DNA of 64,000 nucleotides from a virus. The translations under genes and the position numbers were made by a program. Under the pieces are notes generated by a model. It was given only the letters and a program-made list of their open reading frames with translations. It was not told the origin of the DNA and ran no database searches. Of this stretch, positions 50,732-60,225 are shown in pieces. The stretch spans positions 122,399 to 186,398 of IMG/VR virus record IMGVR_UViG_3300003690_000002; one strand, 5' to 3'. Position 1 is the first letter of the stretch. Each line of letters starts with the position of its first letter.

Positions 50732-51001
50732 TCAATAACAAGTTTTGTGGTTCATGGTCCAGGTACAATTGCTAAAACACCACATTTCATGGCACATTTC
50801 AGTCATAGAATCATCCGGTACTTCATAGACCACAAATTCACAACATTTTTCACTACAATGTGGTTCGTAAATTAATTCACTTTTTGAATAAGGAACCAAA
50901 TCTCCAGGATCGCAAGCATCTACTACATACTGGCATCCGCTTATGAGAATTACAATAATTAAAATTGCAATAATTGTTAGTTTAAAAATAACAACTTTCA
51001 T
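50732..51001 (-). CDS. Cys-rich lipoprotein
   Basis: Signal peptide with lipobox ISGC. Confidence 0.65.
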   Translation of the reverse strand: MKVVIFKLTIIAILIIVILISGCQYVVDACDPGDLVPYSKSELIYEPHCSEKCCEFVVYEVPDDSMTEMCHEMWCFSNCTWTMNHKTCY

Positions 51002-51290
51002 CTGTCATATACCAATCACAATAAAATGTGTCATAATACCATGTCTCTTCACAAGTCGAACCATCGAAATACCAAGATTCCCAAACACAATAGTTTTCAC
51101 CAGTAAATGGACCTGCGCCGCAAAATAATGCATCTTCAACTAAATATGGTGTATAGCTATATTCATAACATGTATCATAAGGATTATCAGGTGAGACCCC
51201 TATAACTCCAGGTTTGTGATAAGGTGCTGGTCCATAAATTTCGCAGCCGCCAATAAAAAATATACACGCTAAAAATAATAATTTTTTCAT
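50982..51290 (-). CDS. Cys/Tyr-rich lipoprotein
   Basis: MKK + hydrophobic core + IGGC lipobox. Confidence 0.7.
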   Translation of the reverse strand: MKKLLFLACIFFIGGCEIYGPAPYHKPGVIGVSPDNPYDTCYEYSYTPYLVEDALFCGAGPFTGENYCVWESWYFDGSTCEETWYYDTFYCDWYMTDESCYF

Positions 51291-51306
51291 CTTAAACCCT
51301 ATTCAC

Positions 51307-51486
51307 CTATCTTGATCGAACCCATCGACAGGTTCTCGTTTTTTCGCCTTTTTTGTTTACTTTCGTCGTGCAAACTTCTTCGTAACGCTCATAGGGTTGT
51401 AATGACCTGCGACCCGATGAAGGGTATGGAATGTGACATCCCGCACAAAAAGCCATGGCTACTGCTAATATAATAATTTTTTTCAT
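51307..51486 (-). CDS. lipoprotein (59 aa, not in track)
   Basis: Read by hand: MKKIIILAVAMAFCAGCHIPYPSSGRR...TCRWVRSR. Confidence 0.65.
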   Translation of the reverse strand: MKKIIILAVAMAFCAGCHIPYPSSGRRSLQPYERYEEVCTTKVNKKGEKTRTCRWVRSR

Positions 51487-51508
51487 TTTTTATCCTTTAT
51501 AATATTAT

Positions 51509-53386
51509 CTAATCAACAACTTCTGCGTCTACGACATTATCTTCATTTTCTTCACTATCAAGAGGTTGCTCTTTCGATGTTTCATTTAAGATATCTTTAT
51601 ATAACATTTCTGCTAATTTGTGTGAAATAGCTGTTAATTTACTTTGAGCGTCTTTAATTGCCTCTAAATCATCGCTCTTCAGCGTTGCTTTTGCAAAAGC
51701 TACAGTGGATGTAAGCTCCTCTTTTTCGTTATCTGATAGTTTCGATTCAACGTTGATAAGAGCTTTTTCTGTTTGATAAATTAATGTGTCAAGCTGGTTT
51801 TGCTCTTGAATTAATTCTTTTTTAGCTCTATCTTCTGCTTCATTCTCTTTTGCATCATTAACCATTTGATCAATTTCGTTTTCAGAAAGACCACTAGAGT
51901 TTGTAATCCGAATAGATTGTTCTTTTCCAGAAGCCATATCTTTTGCAGATACCTTTAATATACCATCTGCATCGATATCAAAACTAACCTCGATCTGTGG
52001 AACTCCTCTTGGTGCTGGCGGAACGCCCTCTAAATGAAACTTACCAAGGGATCTATTATGCACAGCCATGTCCCGCTCTCCTTGTAAGGCGTGAATTTCC
52101 ACTGATGTCTGATTATCAACTGCAGTAGAAAAAATCTCAAACTTGCGACAAGGAATTGTAGTATTGCGTTCAATCAATACAGTTCGGACGCCGCCCAGCG
52201 TTTCAATTCCAAGAGTTAAAGGGATTACATCTAGCAATAAAATATCTTTTACATCGCCAGACAATACCCCTCCTTGGATTGCGGCGCCTAAAGCCACAAC
52301 CTCATCAGGGTTCACGCCACGATGAGGCTCTTTGCCGAAAAACTTCTTAACAGTATTGGCAACTAGAGGAATTCTCGTAGATCCACCAACTAATACTATT
52401 TCATCAATATCTGCCACTTTCTTTTTTGCATCTTTTAATGCTGCACGGCAAGATTTAAATGTTTTTTCAACAATCTTTTTTATCAATTGTTCAAATTTTG
52501 CTCGCGAAAACTGTATATCCATATGCTTTGGTCCAGCTGCATCTGCTGTTAAAAATGGCAGATTAATACTTGTTTGCATCGTGGAGCTTAATTCAATTTT
52601 TGCTTTCTCAGCAGCTTCGCGAAATCTTTGAAGAACCATTTTGTCTTCTGAAACATCTATTCCAGAATCTTTTTTGAATTCAGAGATAAAATAGTCAATA
52701 ATTTCTTCATCTATGTTATCTCCGCCTAGCTGAGTATCGCCGTTTGTGGCTACAACTTCAACCACATTATCTCCAACTTCTAGAATAGATATATCAAAAG
52801 TACCGCCACCGAAGTCATAGACAGCGATTAATTGGTCTTCTTTCTTGTCCAATCCATAAGCTAAGGCAGCTGCAGTCGGTTCATTAATAATCCTTTTTAC
52901 ATCTAACCCAGCAATCTTTCCAGCGTCTTTTGTCGCTTGACGTTGAGTATCGTTAAAGTATGCAGGAACTGTAATTACTGCAGATGTTACTTCTTCACCA
53001 AGATAATTTTCTGCTGCGCGTTTGAGTTTTTGCAAAATACGGGCACTAATTTCTGGTGGTGAGTATGACTTGTTTCCAACATCAAATTTTACGCTGCCAT
53101 TGTTTGCTTTTGATACTTTGTATGGCATGCGCATTATTTCTTCTTTTACGCTGTTAAAGTTTTGCCCTATGAATCTTTTTGCAGAAAAAATAGTATTTTT
53201 GGTATTTGTTACCGACTGCCTTCTTGCGATTTGACCCACAAGAGCAGCTTCATCTTCGTTGAACGCAACAACCGATGGTGTAGTTCGTGCCCCCTCTTCG
53301 TTATTAATAACTTTTGGTGCGCCAGCTTCTAATACAGCAACCACCGAATTGGTTGTGCCAAGATCAATGCCAATGATTTTTCCCAT
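51509..53386 (-). CDS. dnaK: Hsp70 chaperone DnaK
   Basis: [33 protein letters not shown]. Confidence 0.98.
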   Translation of the reverse strand: MGKIIGIDLGTTNSVVAVLEAGAPKVINNEEGARTTPSVVAFNEDEAALVGQIARRQSVTNTKNTIFSAKRFIGQNFNSVKEEIMRMPYKVSKANNGSVKFDVGNKSYSPPEISARILQKLKRAAENYLGEEVTSAVITVPAYFNDTQRQATKDAGKIAGLDVKRIINEPTAAALAYGLDKKEDQLIAVYDFGGGTFDISILEVGDNVVEVVATNGDTQLGGDNIDEEIIDYFISEFKKDSGIDVSEDKMVLQRFREAAEKAKIELSSTMQTSINLPFLTADAAGPKHMDIQFSRAKFEQLIKKIVEKTFKSCRAALKDAKKKVADIDEIVLVGGSTRIPLVANTVKKFFGKEPHRGVNPDEVVALGAAIQGGVLSGDVKDILLLDVIPLTLGIETLGGVRTVLIERNTTIPCRKFEIFSTAVDNQTSVEIHALQGERDMAVHNRSLGKFHLEGVPPAPRGVPQIEVSFDIDADGILKVSAKDMASGKEQSIRITNSSGLSENEIDQMVNDAKENEAEDRAKKELIQEQNQLDTLIYQTEKALINVESKLSDNEKEELTSTVAFAKATLKSDDLEAIKDAQSKLTAISHKLAEMLYKDILNETSKEQPLDSEENEDNVVDAEVVD

Positions 53387-53407
53387 TATTTTCTCCTTAT
53401 AGTACTA

Positions 53408-53436
53408 AGAATATACTATATTAACCTAATTGTCAA
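53408..53436 (-). promoter_or_regulatory. sigma70-type promoter for dnaK
   Basis: TTGACA-17-TATTCT. Confidence 0.5.
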
Positions 53437-54413
53437 GAGCTTTTTATAATTTTATTTTCAAAAACCATTCTCTTGCTGGCTACAAAAAGATCATCCCAAT
53501 TATAATTTCCAAACCCATCTTCAATCATCATAGTTCGAATTGCTGTTTGATTAAATGCAAATTTAAATTCTTTAAATATATTATTTATTTTTTGTTTTGT
53601 CTGTATACTAATCAGTGGAGAATATAGTTGCATTATTTTATAATTATTTTTTATAATTTCTTCACTTTCTATAATATTTTTATGCGCTTTTAAAGGATTT
53701 TCAACTTTTTTGCAGGCTTTAATCAAATCATTTATTGTATATGTTTTATTTTCACTTAAAAACTTAAATCTTTTTGCTACGGTTGGTAAACCAACTCCTG
53801 AGACGCCTTTTAAATTATCAGATTTATCTCCACAAACAGCCCGAGCCAATGCAAAATTTGTGGGATGAATCCCGTGTCGTTCAATGATTTTATTGGAATT
53901 TAATACCTCTTGTTGAACCGGTCGATATATAATAACTTCATTATTGCATAGCTGATAAAAATCTTTATCTGAGCTTACAATAACTTTTTGGTGTCCTTTT
54001 AAAGTTGATAAATTTGCAACGTGTGCAATTAAATCATCGGCTTCAATTCCCGGCTCTAGAAGTTGAATAATTGGTAGTTGATTGAGATATTCAATAAGTC
54101 TTACTTGTTGCCAAACCTTGTTTCGTAATTCTTCATCTTCTGTTAGATTTTTTATATCGCGATTTAATCGAATTGGCTTTCGCCCATCTTTATAGTTTTT
54201 ATTTGCTATTTTTCTTTTTTGCGAACCTCCAGGTCCGTCCCATGCAATTACAACTTGATTTGGTTTAATTTCGCGAATAAGTTTTTGTAAAATTTTTAAA
54301 AAACCCCTCAGTCCGCCGATGGGCTCCCCATTCGTTGACAAGCTTGGATCAACTATATAGGCTCTATAATACATATTAAGAGCATCAACAATAAGAAGTC
54401 GACTTGGTTTCAT
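53433..54413 (-). CDS. 5'-3' exonuclease/flap endonuclease (PolA N-terminal, T4 RNase H-like)
   Basis: LIVDALN, IAWDG, EADD, SSDKD, GDKSDNLKGV; start corrected to MKPSR at 54413. Confidence 0.9.
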   Translation of the reverse strand: MKPSRLLIVDALNMYYRAYIVDPSLSTNGEPIGGLRGFLKILQKLIREIKPNQVVIAWDGPGGSQKRKIANKNYKDGRKPIRLNRDIKNLTEDEELRNKVWQQVRLIEYLNQLPIIQLLEPGIEADDLIAHVANLSTLKGHQKVIVSSDKDFYQLCNNEVIIYRPVQQEVLNSNKIIERHGIHPTNFALARAVCGDKSDNLKGVSGVGLPTVAKRFKFLSENKTYTINDLIKACKKVENPLKAHKNIIESEEIIKNNYKIMQLYSPLISIQTKQKINNIFKEFKFAFNQTAIRTMMIEDGFGNYNWDDLFVASKRMVFENKIIKSS

Positions 54414-54435
54414 AGTAATTCTTGCAGAAGCTCGA

Positions 54436-54600
54436 TCAATGCCTCTTTCCTTGTCCTCGGTATCGTTTTTTATATAACTTGCTCGTAGATGAGCCATTTG
54501 ATCCTCCGCCCTTATTATGGTGTTTTGTAAAAGTTGAATTTCCAATACTTGTCTTCTTATTTTTGGTTTCTGCCTTTCTCTTAGCCTTTTTTTGTGCCAT
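54436..54600 (-). CDS. small basic phage protein (54 aa, not in track)
   Basis: GGAGG SD; MAQKK...KKTSIG...KRYRGQGKRH. Confidence 0.65.
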   Translation of the reverse strand: MAQKKAKRKAETKNKKTSIGNSTFTKHHNKGGGSNGSSTSKLYKKRYRGQGKRH

Positions 54601-54646
54601 TAATACATCCTCCGTTATTTTTAATGTTACACCATATATTAATCAA

Positions 54647-55756
54647 TTATTCCTCTTCGTAAAAACTAGCTGCATCGCCAATTCTCTCATCAAACTTCAT
54701 AATAATTTCTTCGTCCATAATTTCTAAAACTCTTTGTTTGAATTTAGATTCTTCAAGTTTCTCTTTCCAGCCCGAACTTTGAAATTTGTCGGACGTGCCA
54801 TCACCGTAATCAAGCGTAAACCATGCGCCACTGTTAGATAAATATTGCGAACTTTTGATCGCATCCAACCAGCTTTCTTCATCTTGTACACCTACTTCAT
54901 CTCCCCATAAAATCTTAAAATTACATTGTCGACCTTGAGTGCCAAAACGACTTTTCTCAAGCTTCACTTTAACTTCAGAGCCGATCCTAAATCCTTTATC
55001 ATCTGTGACAAAAGAAGCTTTGGCTTTTCTTCCTGTGAGCCATATACGTAATGAATATGCGTATATCATTGCTTTGCCGCCGGGAGTCATATAAGGTGTT
55101 GTCATTGCTTCGGAAGGCGATCTTGTAATGTTTGTTTTAAGCTGATTTAATACTAAAAATGTTGATTGACTATTTGCAATGGGGACTGTTAGCTTTGACA
55201 TTCCTTTCGCAAGAATTCGTGCCTTAACTGCCATCGAGGAAAGAGGATTAAAATCTCCTTCAATGTCTGAAATTGCTGGTGTTAATGCCAGCGAATCCCA
55301 AATGAAAAGCATTCGATTTTCATTTGAGCCGAGTAATTCTTCAATTGTTTCCAGTACAAATTCTACAGATGTTGCTTGAACATATAAAAGGTTATCAACA
55401 TTACAACCAGCTTTTTCTAAAAAGTCTGGATCAATTGCAGACTCTGAATCGAAATAAACAACATCTATTCCTCGTTCTTGTGCGCTTGCTGCTACTTGAG
55501 CGCCTAAAAATGATTTACCTGTAGATTCGAGACCAGCAATTTCCACAATCTTTCCCATAGGGATTCCTGCTAGTTTTCCTCGGCAAATAATCGAATCGAG
55601 CCATCGTGATCCAGTTGGAATCCAATCTTTTACAATCGTTGGACTGCCATTATTTAAATTATGTGCAACATTCATGCCCGCTTTTTTATTAATTAAGCTG
55701 CGCATATCTGCTATCGAAAGCTTACCTGCGCCTGTTTTTGATTTAACTTTCGCCAT
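54647..55756 (-). CDS. recA: RecA/UvsX recombinase
   Basis: GLESTGKS, DSE, IWDS, NQLK, PGGKA, KSRF. Confidence 0.93.
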   Translation of the reverse strand: MAKVKSKTGAGKLSIADMRSLINKKAGMNVAHNLNNGSPTIVKDWIPTGSRWLDSIICRGKLAGIPMGKIVEIAGLESTGKSFLGAQVAASAQERGIDVVYFDSESAIDPDFLEKAGCNVDNLLYVQATSVEFVLETIEELLGSNENRMLFIWDSLALTPAISDIEGDFNPLSSMAVKARILAKGMSKLTVPIANSQSTFLVLNQLKTNITRSPSEAMTTPYMTPGGKAMIYAYSLRIWLTGRKAKASFVTDDKGFRIGSEVKVKLEKSRFGTQGRQCNFKILWGDEVGVQDEESWLDAIKSSQYLSNSGAWFTLDYGDGTSDKFQSSGWKEKLEESKFKQRVLEIMDEEIIMKFDERIGDAASFYEEE

Positions 55757-55840
55757 AGTTTTCCCCTAAAAAGTACATCTTAGAACTATACTAAGAATAG
55801 TATAAAATATTTTGCATTCCATTTTTTTCCTTTATTTAGG

Positions 55841-55872
55841 ACAAGGAGAGCGGGATACCCCGCTCTCCTTGT
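55841..55872. other. 14-bp perfect hairpin between ssb and recA
   Basis: acaaggagagcggg-atac-cccgctctccttgt; no U tract on the coding strand. Confidence 0.7.
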
Positions 55873-55877
55873 TGCCT

Positions 55878-56642
55878 TTAATTTCCTAGTAAATCAGAAA
55901 AAGCTTCATCTACTTTTTTTGTAGCGCTAGCTTCGCCAAGACTGCTATACTTATTAGATTCAGAAGAGGCTTCTTCTGCATCCGTATCATTGAGAAGATA
56001 ATTATCAAGCAATGTTTGCACTTCCTGCGGAGTCTTTCGACTAGTTGCAAATACTTCATCGAAATCTGGAATTTCCTCTAACAGTTTGCGACATTTTTCT
56101 GGATCGTCAGAACAAAGCATGGAACTTTGTCGGCGGGGGGTGATATTTGTTACGGGAAAAGCTGCTCCTGCTGGCTTTCCATAAGTAAGTACCAAATCTG
56201 TTCCAGCATCTGGGTCTGTAATGTCGCCATATTCTGGGTTAAGAACAAGGTTAAGCAATTTTTCATATGTTTGCTTTCCAAAACCCCAAACTCGAACGCC
56301 CTGGTCTTCTTCTCCCCGGACGAGTACGGGGGCAAAAAATCGCTGGCGTGCGGAAAGCTTCTTTGCTAAACGCTTACTTTCTTCAGTTTTCTCATTCCAA
56401 AGACCTCGAACAAAATTATCCAAGGGACAATCTTCACCAAAGTTTCTTTTCGGACTTAAAAAGCCGGGGTTATCACCTAAATTGTAATGAAACCAATAAT
56501 CCTTAAATGGGTCCCCGTCGTCAGTAGGAACAATTCGAATCGTTGATTCGCCGTCTGGAGGTCGCCAGAAATGACTTCTATTGTTATTTCCCCCTTTTAA
56601 AGCGCTCAGCCGATCTTTCATCCTATTTAAATCTAATGGCAT
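55878..56642 (-). CDS. gp32-like single-stranded DNA-binding protein
   Basis: IRIVP...FHY...CP...VLVRG...WGFG...DITD...G.D; acidic tail. Confidence 0.8.
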   Translation of the reverse strand: MPLDLNRMKDRLSALKGGNNNRSHFWRPPDGESTIRIVPTDDGDPFKDYWFHYNLGDNPGFLSPKRNFGEDCPLDNFVRGLWNEKTEESKRLAKKLSARQRFFAPVLVRGEEDQGVRVWGFGKQTYEKLLNLVLNPEYGDITDPDAGTDLVLTYGKPAGAAFPVTNITPRRQSSMLCSDDPEKCRKLLEEIPDFDEVFATSRKTPQEVQTLLDNYLLNDTDAEEASSESNKYSSLGEASATKKVDEAFSDLLGN

Positions 56643-56723
56643 AGTTTTTTTCTCCTTTTTAAAGTCAAGATAGCAAATATCCTATCTTGCTATTATTTAT
56701 GTAATACTATTATAGCATTCTTA

Positions 56724-57578
56724 TCAAGATTGTAAAGTATTTTTTTCGTTTTTTTGAATAAATCTACTGTTAGTTGTGCAATAGACATAAGGATCTTCAT
56801 ATGTCGTCGAAAATATTCCGTAGCTTACTTTCATTTTATCTTGCTCGATCCCATGCTTAACTTGCTCTGTAATTTTCTTCATGAGCGCTGCATCTGAGTG
56901 GAGTTTGTTTTCTGGAATTGCATAATAATATCTTTTTTCATAGGCATCTTTTAAAGTAAAAAATAATCTTTCTTCACCTGTTTCAAAATTAACTAGCCCA
57001 AAAGTTGAAATTCTCATTGTATTAGATAAATCAAAAAATGTGCTCATCTCTGGGGTAGTATGGTTATAAATATTTATCATATGCATAGTAGACACGATTA
57101 AACTGTTTAAGTGGTCATAATATTTTCTTATAGGTACGTTGCCTATAATATCCGCTATTTTTAAATTATCAACGATATATATTCTTTCAAAGACTGCTGA
57201 ACGAGCATACTCTTGGAATACGTTAAAAATAGCATTTTCTTGCAAAGTCTTAACTACGCCTAGAAGCTTTATATCTGGTTTAATATAAAGAATACTTATA
57301 GTACCTTTATTTTTCAACTGCTCTAATATGCGTAAACTAGCACCAGAAATTATTCCACAACTTGTTATAAACAAAATGTCGCCCTTTATATTTTTAAAAA
57401 AAGACTTTAAATTTGGACATTTTTCTTCATATTTTTCAGGATAGTTTTGTCGTCTTATCGAATGACAATTTTTTCCTTTAATATTGGTATCTATTTTATA
57501 AATTTCGTATTCGGGATACTTTGCAAACTGATCTGCAATGTTACATCCAGCTTGACCAAGCCCTATTATTGTCTTCAT
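56724..57578 (-). CDS. tubulin/FtsZ-like (PhuZ/TubZ-type) protein, degenerate
   Basis: IIGLGQAGCNIA, IDT, VDN; the signature GGGTGSG is replaced by SCGIISG. Confidence 0.65.
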   Translation of the reverse strand: MKTIIGLGQAGCNIADQFAKYPEYEIYKIDTNIKGKNCHSIRRQNYPEKYEEKCPNLKSFFKNIKGDILFITSCGIISGASLRILEQLKNKGTISILYIKPDIKLLGVVKTLQENAIFNVFQEYARSAVFERIYIVDNLKIADIIGNVPIRKYYDHLNSLIVSTMHMINIYNHTTPEMSTFFDLSNTMRISTFGLVNFETGEERLFFTLKDAYEKRYYYAIPENKLHSDAALMKKITEQVKHGIEQDKMKVSYGIFSTTYEDPYVYCTTNSRFIQKNEKNTLQS

Positions 57579-57585
57579 ATAATTT

Positions 57586-58785
57586 TCAAATATGTAATTT
57601 TTTCATTTCCCCGAAATTTTTACCTGCTTTGGTGGTTGCAACAAACTTTCCTAAATCTGTTTCCTCAAAAATATTTTTAATTTCCATAATCCTATCTTTA
57701 TCTTCATCGGAAAAATCAATGATTAATGAATCATGCAAACAAAATGCAATATAAGACTTTCCACCCTCTAATAATTTTCGTACCTTAATCATCTGTTGAA
57801 AAAATAAATCGGCAGCTGTTGACTGGATAATGTAGTTTAAAGCATGGTGCTTGTCTGCTTCGATTTCTCTATTAAAATATGTATTTATGTGAGTTCCATT
57901 CCAATATTTTGTTAAAAGTTCTTCTCGATTATATTCTTGATTTGATAAACAATCTTTTGACTCTGGGTTATATAGCCACGCAAATATTCTCTTTTTCGCT
58001 TCATCTCTTGTACCTGCTCCTCTATATACATTTTTCAAATTCCATTCATGAAGATCTTCTTGTGGTTGTTCTTTTCCTAACAATCCAAGCATAACTCTTA
58101 ATTCTGCAGCATTATAATCAAACTCCAAAAACCAATCATTGTTCGGTTTAAGAATTTTACGATAAGATTTATCCATTGTTAAAATAGGAAATGAATTTGC
58201 GCGAGAAACTAATCGTCCAGTTTTTGTTTTATATAAATTATAATCGACATAAGGTTTAATCATTTTTATATTTTTAATAAATTTTCTGGTTTTGCTTTTA
58301 TAAAGTTCTTTATTTAGTGCTGAAAAATCTATGTCTAGTTTTTTGCTCTTCATCTCAGCTAAAATTTTTGTTAATTCGACTAAAGAAGCATAGTTCTTGG
58401 GCTTTTCATAAACATCAAAGATATAATTACAAATTTTATTCTTAATTTTACAAAAATCTATTAAAACAGCTTCCGGCACTAATTCGTAAAAACAATGATC
58501 ATCTAATGATAATTTAGCCTCTCGCATCGCTCGGTGAAAGGCTTTTAATTTTCCGTATATTTGCTCCCATTCCTGCCTTAATAACATCGGACACACTTCG
58601 TCTAAAGATTTTCCATGGCAGTAAATTTTTGCATATTCAATATCTTTGTCCTGAAAGTGATCGGCATAGTCCCAAGTTTTACTTAATTTCTTACTTATTT
58701 TTTTTGGTATCTTGCCAAAAAAAATCTTATCGCCAACATATACGCCTACACAGTTTTCTTTTTTATCTAAAGCCTGAAATAACAT
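57586..58785 (-). CDS. family A DNA polymerase domain (short, exonuclease-less)
   Basis: TKTGRL, motif A DYNAAELRV, motif B RDEAKKRIFAWLY, NYIIQSTAAD, motif C LHDS. Confidence 0.85.
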   Translation of the reverse strand: MLFQALDKKENCVGVYVGDKIFFGKIPKKISKKLSKTWDYADHFQDKDIEYAKIYCHGKSLDEVCPMLLRQEWEQIYGKLKAFHRAMREAKLSLDDHCFYELVPEAVLIDFCKIKNKICNYIFDVYEKPKNYASLVELTKILAEMKSKKLDIDFSALNKELYKSKTRKFIKNIKMIKPYVDYNLYKTKTGRLVSRANSFPILTMDKSYRKILKPNNDWFLEFDYNAAELRVMLGLLGKEQPQEDLHEWNLKNVYRGAGTRDEAKKRIFAWLYNPESKDCLSNQEYNREELLTKYWNGTHINTYFNREIEADKHHALNYIIQSTAADLFFQQMIKVRKLLEGGKSYIAFCLHDSLIIDFSDEDKDRIMEIKNIFEETDLGKFVATTKAGKNFGEMKKLHI

Positions 58786-58794
58786 TAAAACCTC

Positions 58795-60198
58795 TTAATA
58801 ATTTGTATCGCCGATGGCTTGTCCGGATGTGGACCCTTGTGATAAATTTTTAAAAATATTTGTTGTAAGTTCATTTATTGTTTCACTTGCTTTTGCAATT
58901 GGAATGTTTTTTAAAATTGAAAATTTTTCAAATCCTACTCCTGTTGCTGTAGAGCCACCTCTCTTTATATTTTTAATTCTGTCATTAAGAAGGCTTATAG
59001 CAACATTAATGTTCATCTGATTATATATTATAACACTTTCTTTAAAAATTTTATTAAATTTTGCTTTATTTAGATTAATTTTTTCTTCATTTAGGCGAAT
59101 TTCTAAATATAATCTAATCCAAAATGACATAGAATATTTTCGGTAAAACTGTTCTCTTGAAATTGGTATGCGAATTTTTTCACATGCTTGTGTCGTAGAT
59201 GATGTACCCTTTGTCGATAGTTTTATTGTTTTTGGGTACACAACTATAAAAGATGCATAAAAACGATATACCATACTCATTAATATTCCAAGATCTTCTA
59301 AATGAGAAAAATTATAATAAGTATTATATACTCTTTGTGGGGCAACCGGGGTAGGATTCCATTGTTCTAGGGGGGTATCATTCGGTCTTCTTGTGCTTGG
59401 GAAATAATTATTACAATGTTTTCTTAATTCTGCAGAATTCAAATCTGCTATTAAACGCCATGGTGCGTTTTTATCAACTAAAAATCCAAATTGTTTTGCA
59501 ACATTCACATAGGATCTAAAGTTTTTATCTTTAATGAAATAATTATATTTTACTGAATCGTTGGAATGGTCTCCTGCAAATACTTCTATAATTAAACCAG
59601 TTGATAAGGGGTTAAAATATCTACTTTTGATAAAACCTGTTTTTGTAATTGGAACTGTTTTTGCTAAAGGTTTAATCCAGTTAATAAAATAAAATAAAAA
59701 ACTTTTAATATCAATAATTTTTTTATCAAGAAATTTTTGCCGACCTACGTAGTTTTCAAAAAAACTATTATATAATATTTCAATTAAACTATTATAAATT
59801 AAACCGGCTGTAAGGTGTGATTCTAGGGCGCGGCGGGGTTTAATATCGTATAAATAATTATTATCTGGATTTAGCTTATTATTAGTGTATTTATCTACAA
59901 ACCCATGAAAGGCATCGGTAACAAAATTTAAAGCAACAATATGTTGCGAGGCGTAATGTAACGGCTTTAAAATATTTGGTTTTGCAGGATTTATTGTTAT
60001 TGTATTTCCATTTGAATCAATCCGACCATATAAAGGACTATTGCCATATAAAAAGTCAGCAGGCTTATAAACATTTTCTGGATATGCATATTTCTTATAA
60101 TAGCTTCTTTCAAGGTGTGTTTCCATCGAAGGTAATTCATTTGTTCCGAGCGGAATTGTAGCAATCTCATGATCTGTTAACTGTTTATCTATCGACAT
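58795..60198 (-). CDS. hypothetical protein (possibly virion-associated)
   Basis: 467-aa ORF next to tail-type genes. Confidence 0.7.
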   Translation of the reverse strand: MSIDKQLTDHEIATIPLGTNELPSMETHLERSYYKKYAYPENVYKPADFLYGNSPLYGRIDSNGNTITINPAKPNILKPLHYASQHIVALNFVTDAFHGFVDKYTNNKLNPDNNYLYDIKPRRALESHLTAGLIYNSLIEILYNSFFENYVGRQKFLDKKIIDIKSFLFYFINWIKPLAKTVPITKTGFIKSRYFNPLSTGLIIEVFAGDHSNDSVKYNYFIKDKNFRSYVNVAKQFGFLVDKNAPWRLIADLNSAELRKHCNNYFPSTRRPNDTPLEQWNPTPVAPQRVYNTYYNFSHLEDLGILMSMVYRFYASFIVVYPKTIKLSTKGTSSTTQACEKIRIPISREQFYRKYSMSFWIRLYLEIRLNEEKINLNKAKFNKIFKESVIIYNQMNINVAISLLNDRIKNIKRGGSTATGVGFEKFSILKNIPIAKASETINELTTNIFKNLSQGSTSGQAIGDTNY

Positions 60199-60225
60199 TT
60201 AATATATTCTCCTTTGAAATGCCCA

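Noticed and set aside
54414-54545. 44-aa N-terminal extension of the 5'-3' exonuclease shown in the track
   Set aside because: The region is occupied in another frame by a small basic gene (54436..54600) with a strong SD, and the exonuclease motif starts at MKPSRLLIVD.
28856-55756. Bacterial chromosome origin (groEL, dnaK, dnaE, recA, clpP)
   Set aside because: The genes lack their bacterial operon partners, are all co-oriented and divergent, and are interleaved with endolysin, gp32-like SSB, Mom-like and baseplate genes.
56666-56693. T4 gene 32-style autoregulatory pseudoknot upstream of the SSB gene
   Set aside because: The two possible stems (caagatag/ctatcttg and atagcaa/ttgctat) share bases and are mutually exclusive, so no pseudoknot; at most a weak alternative hairpin.
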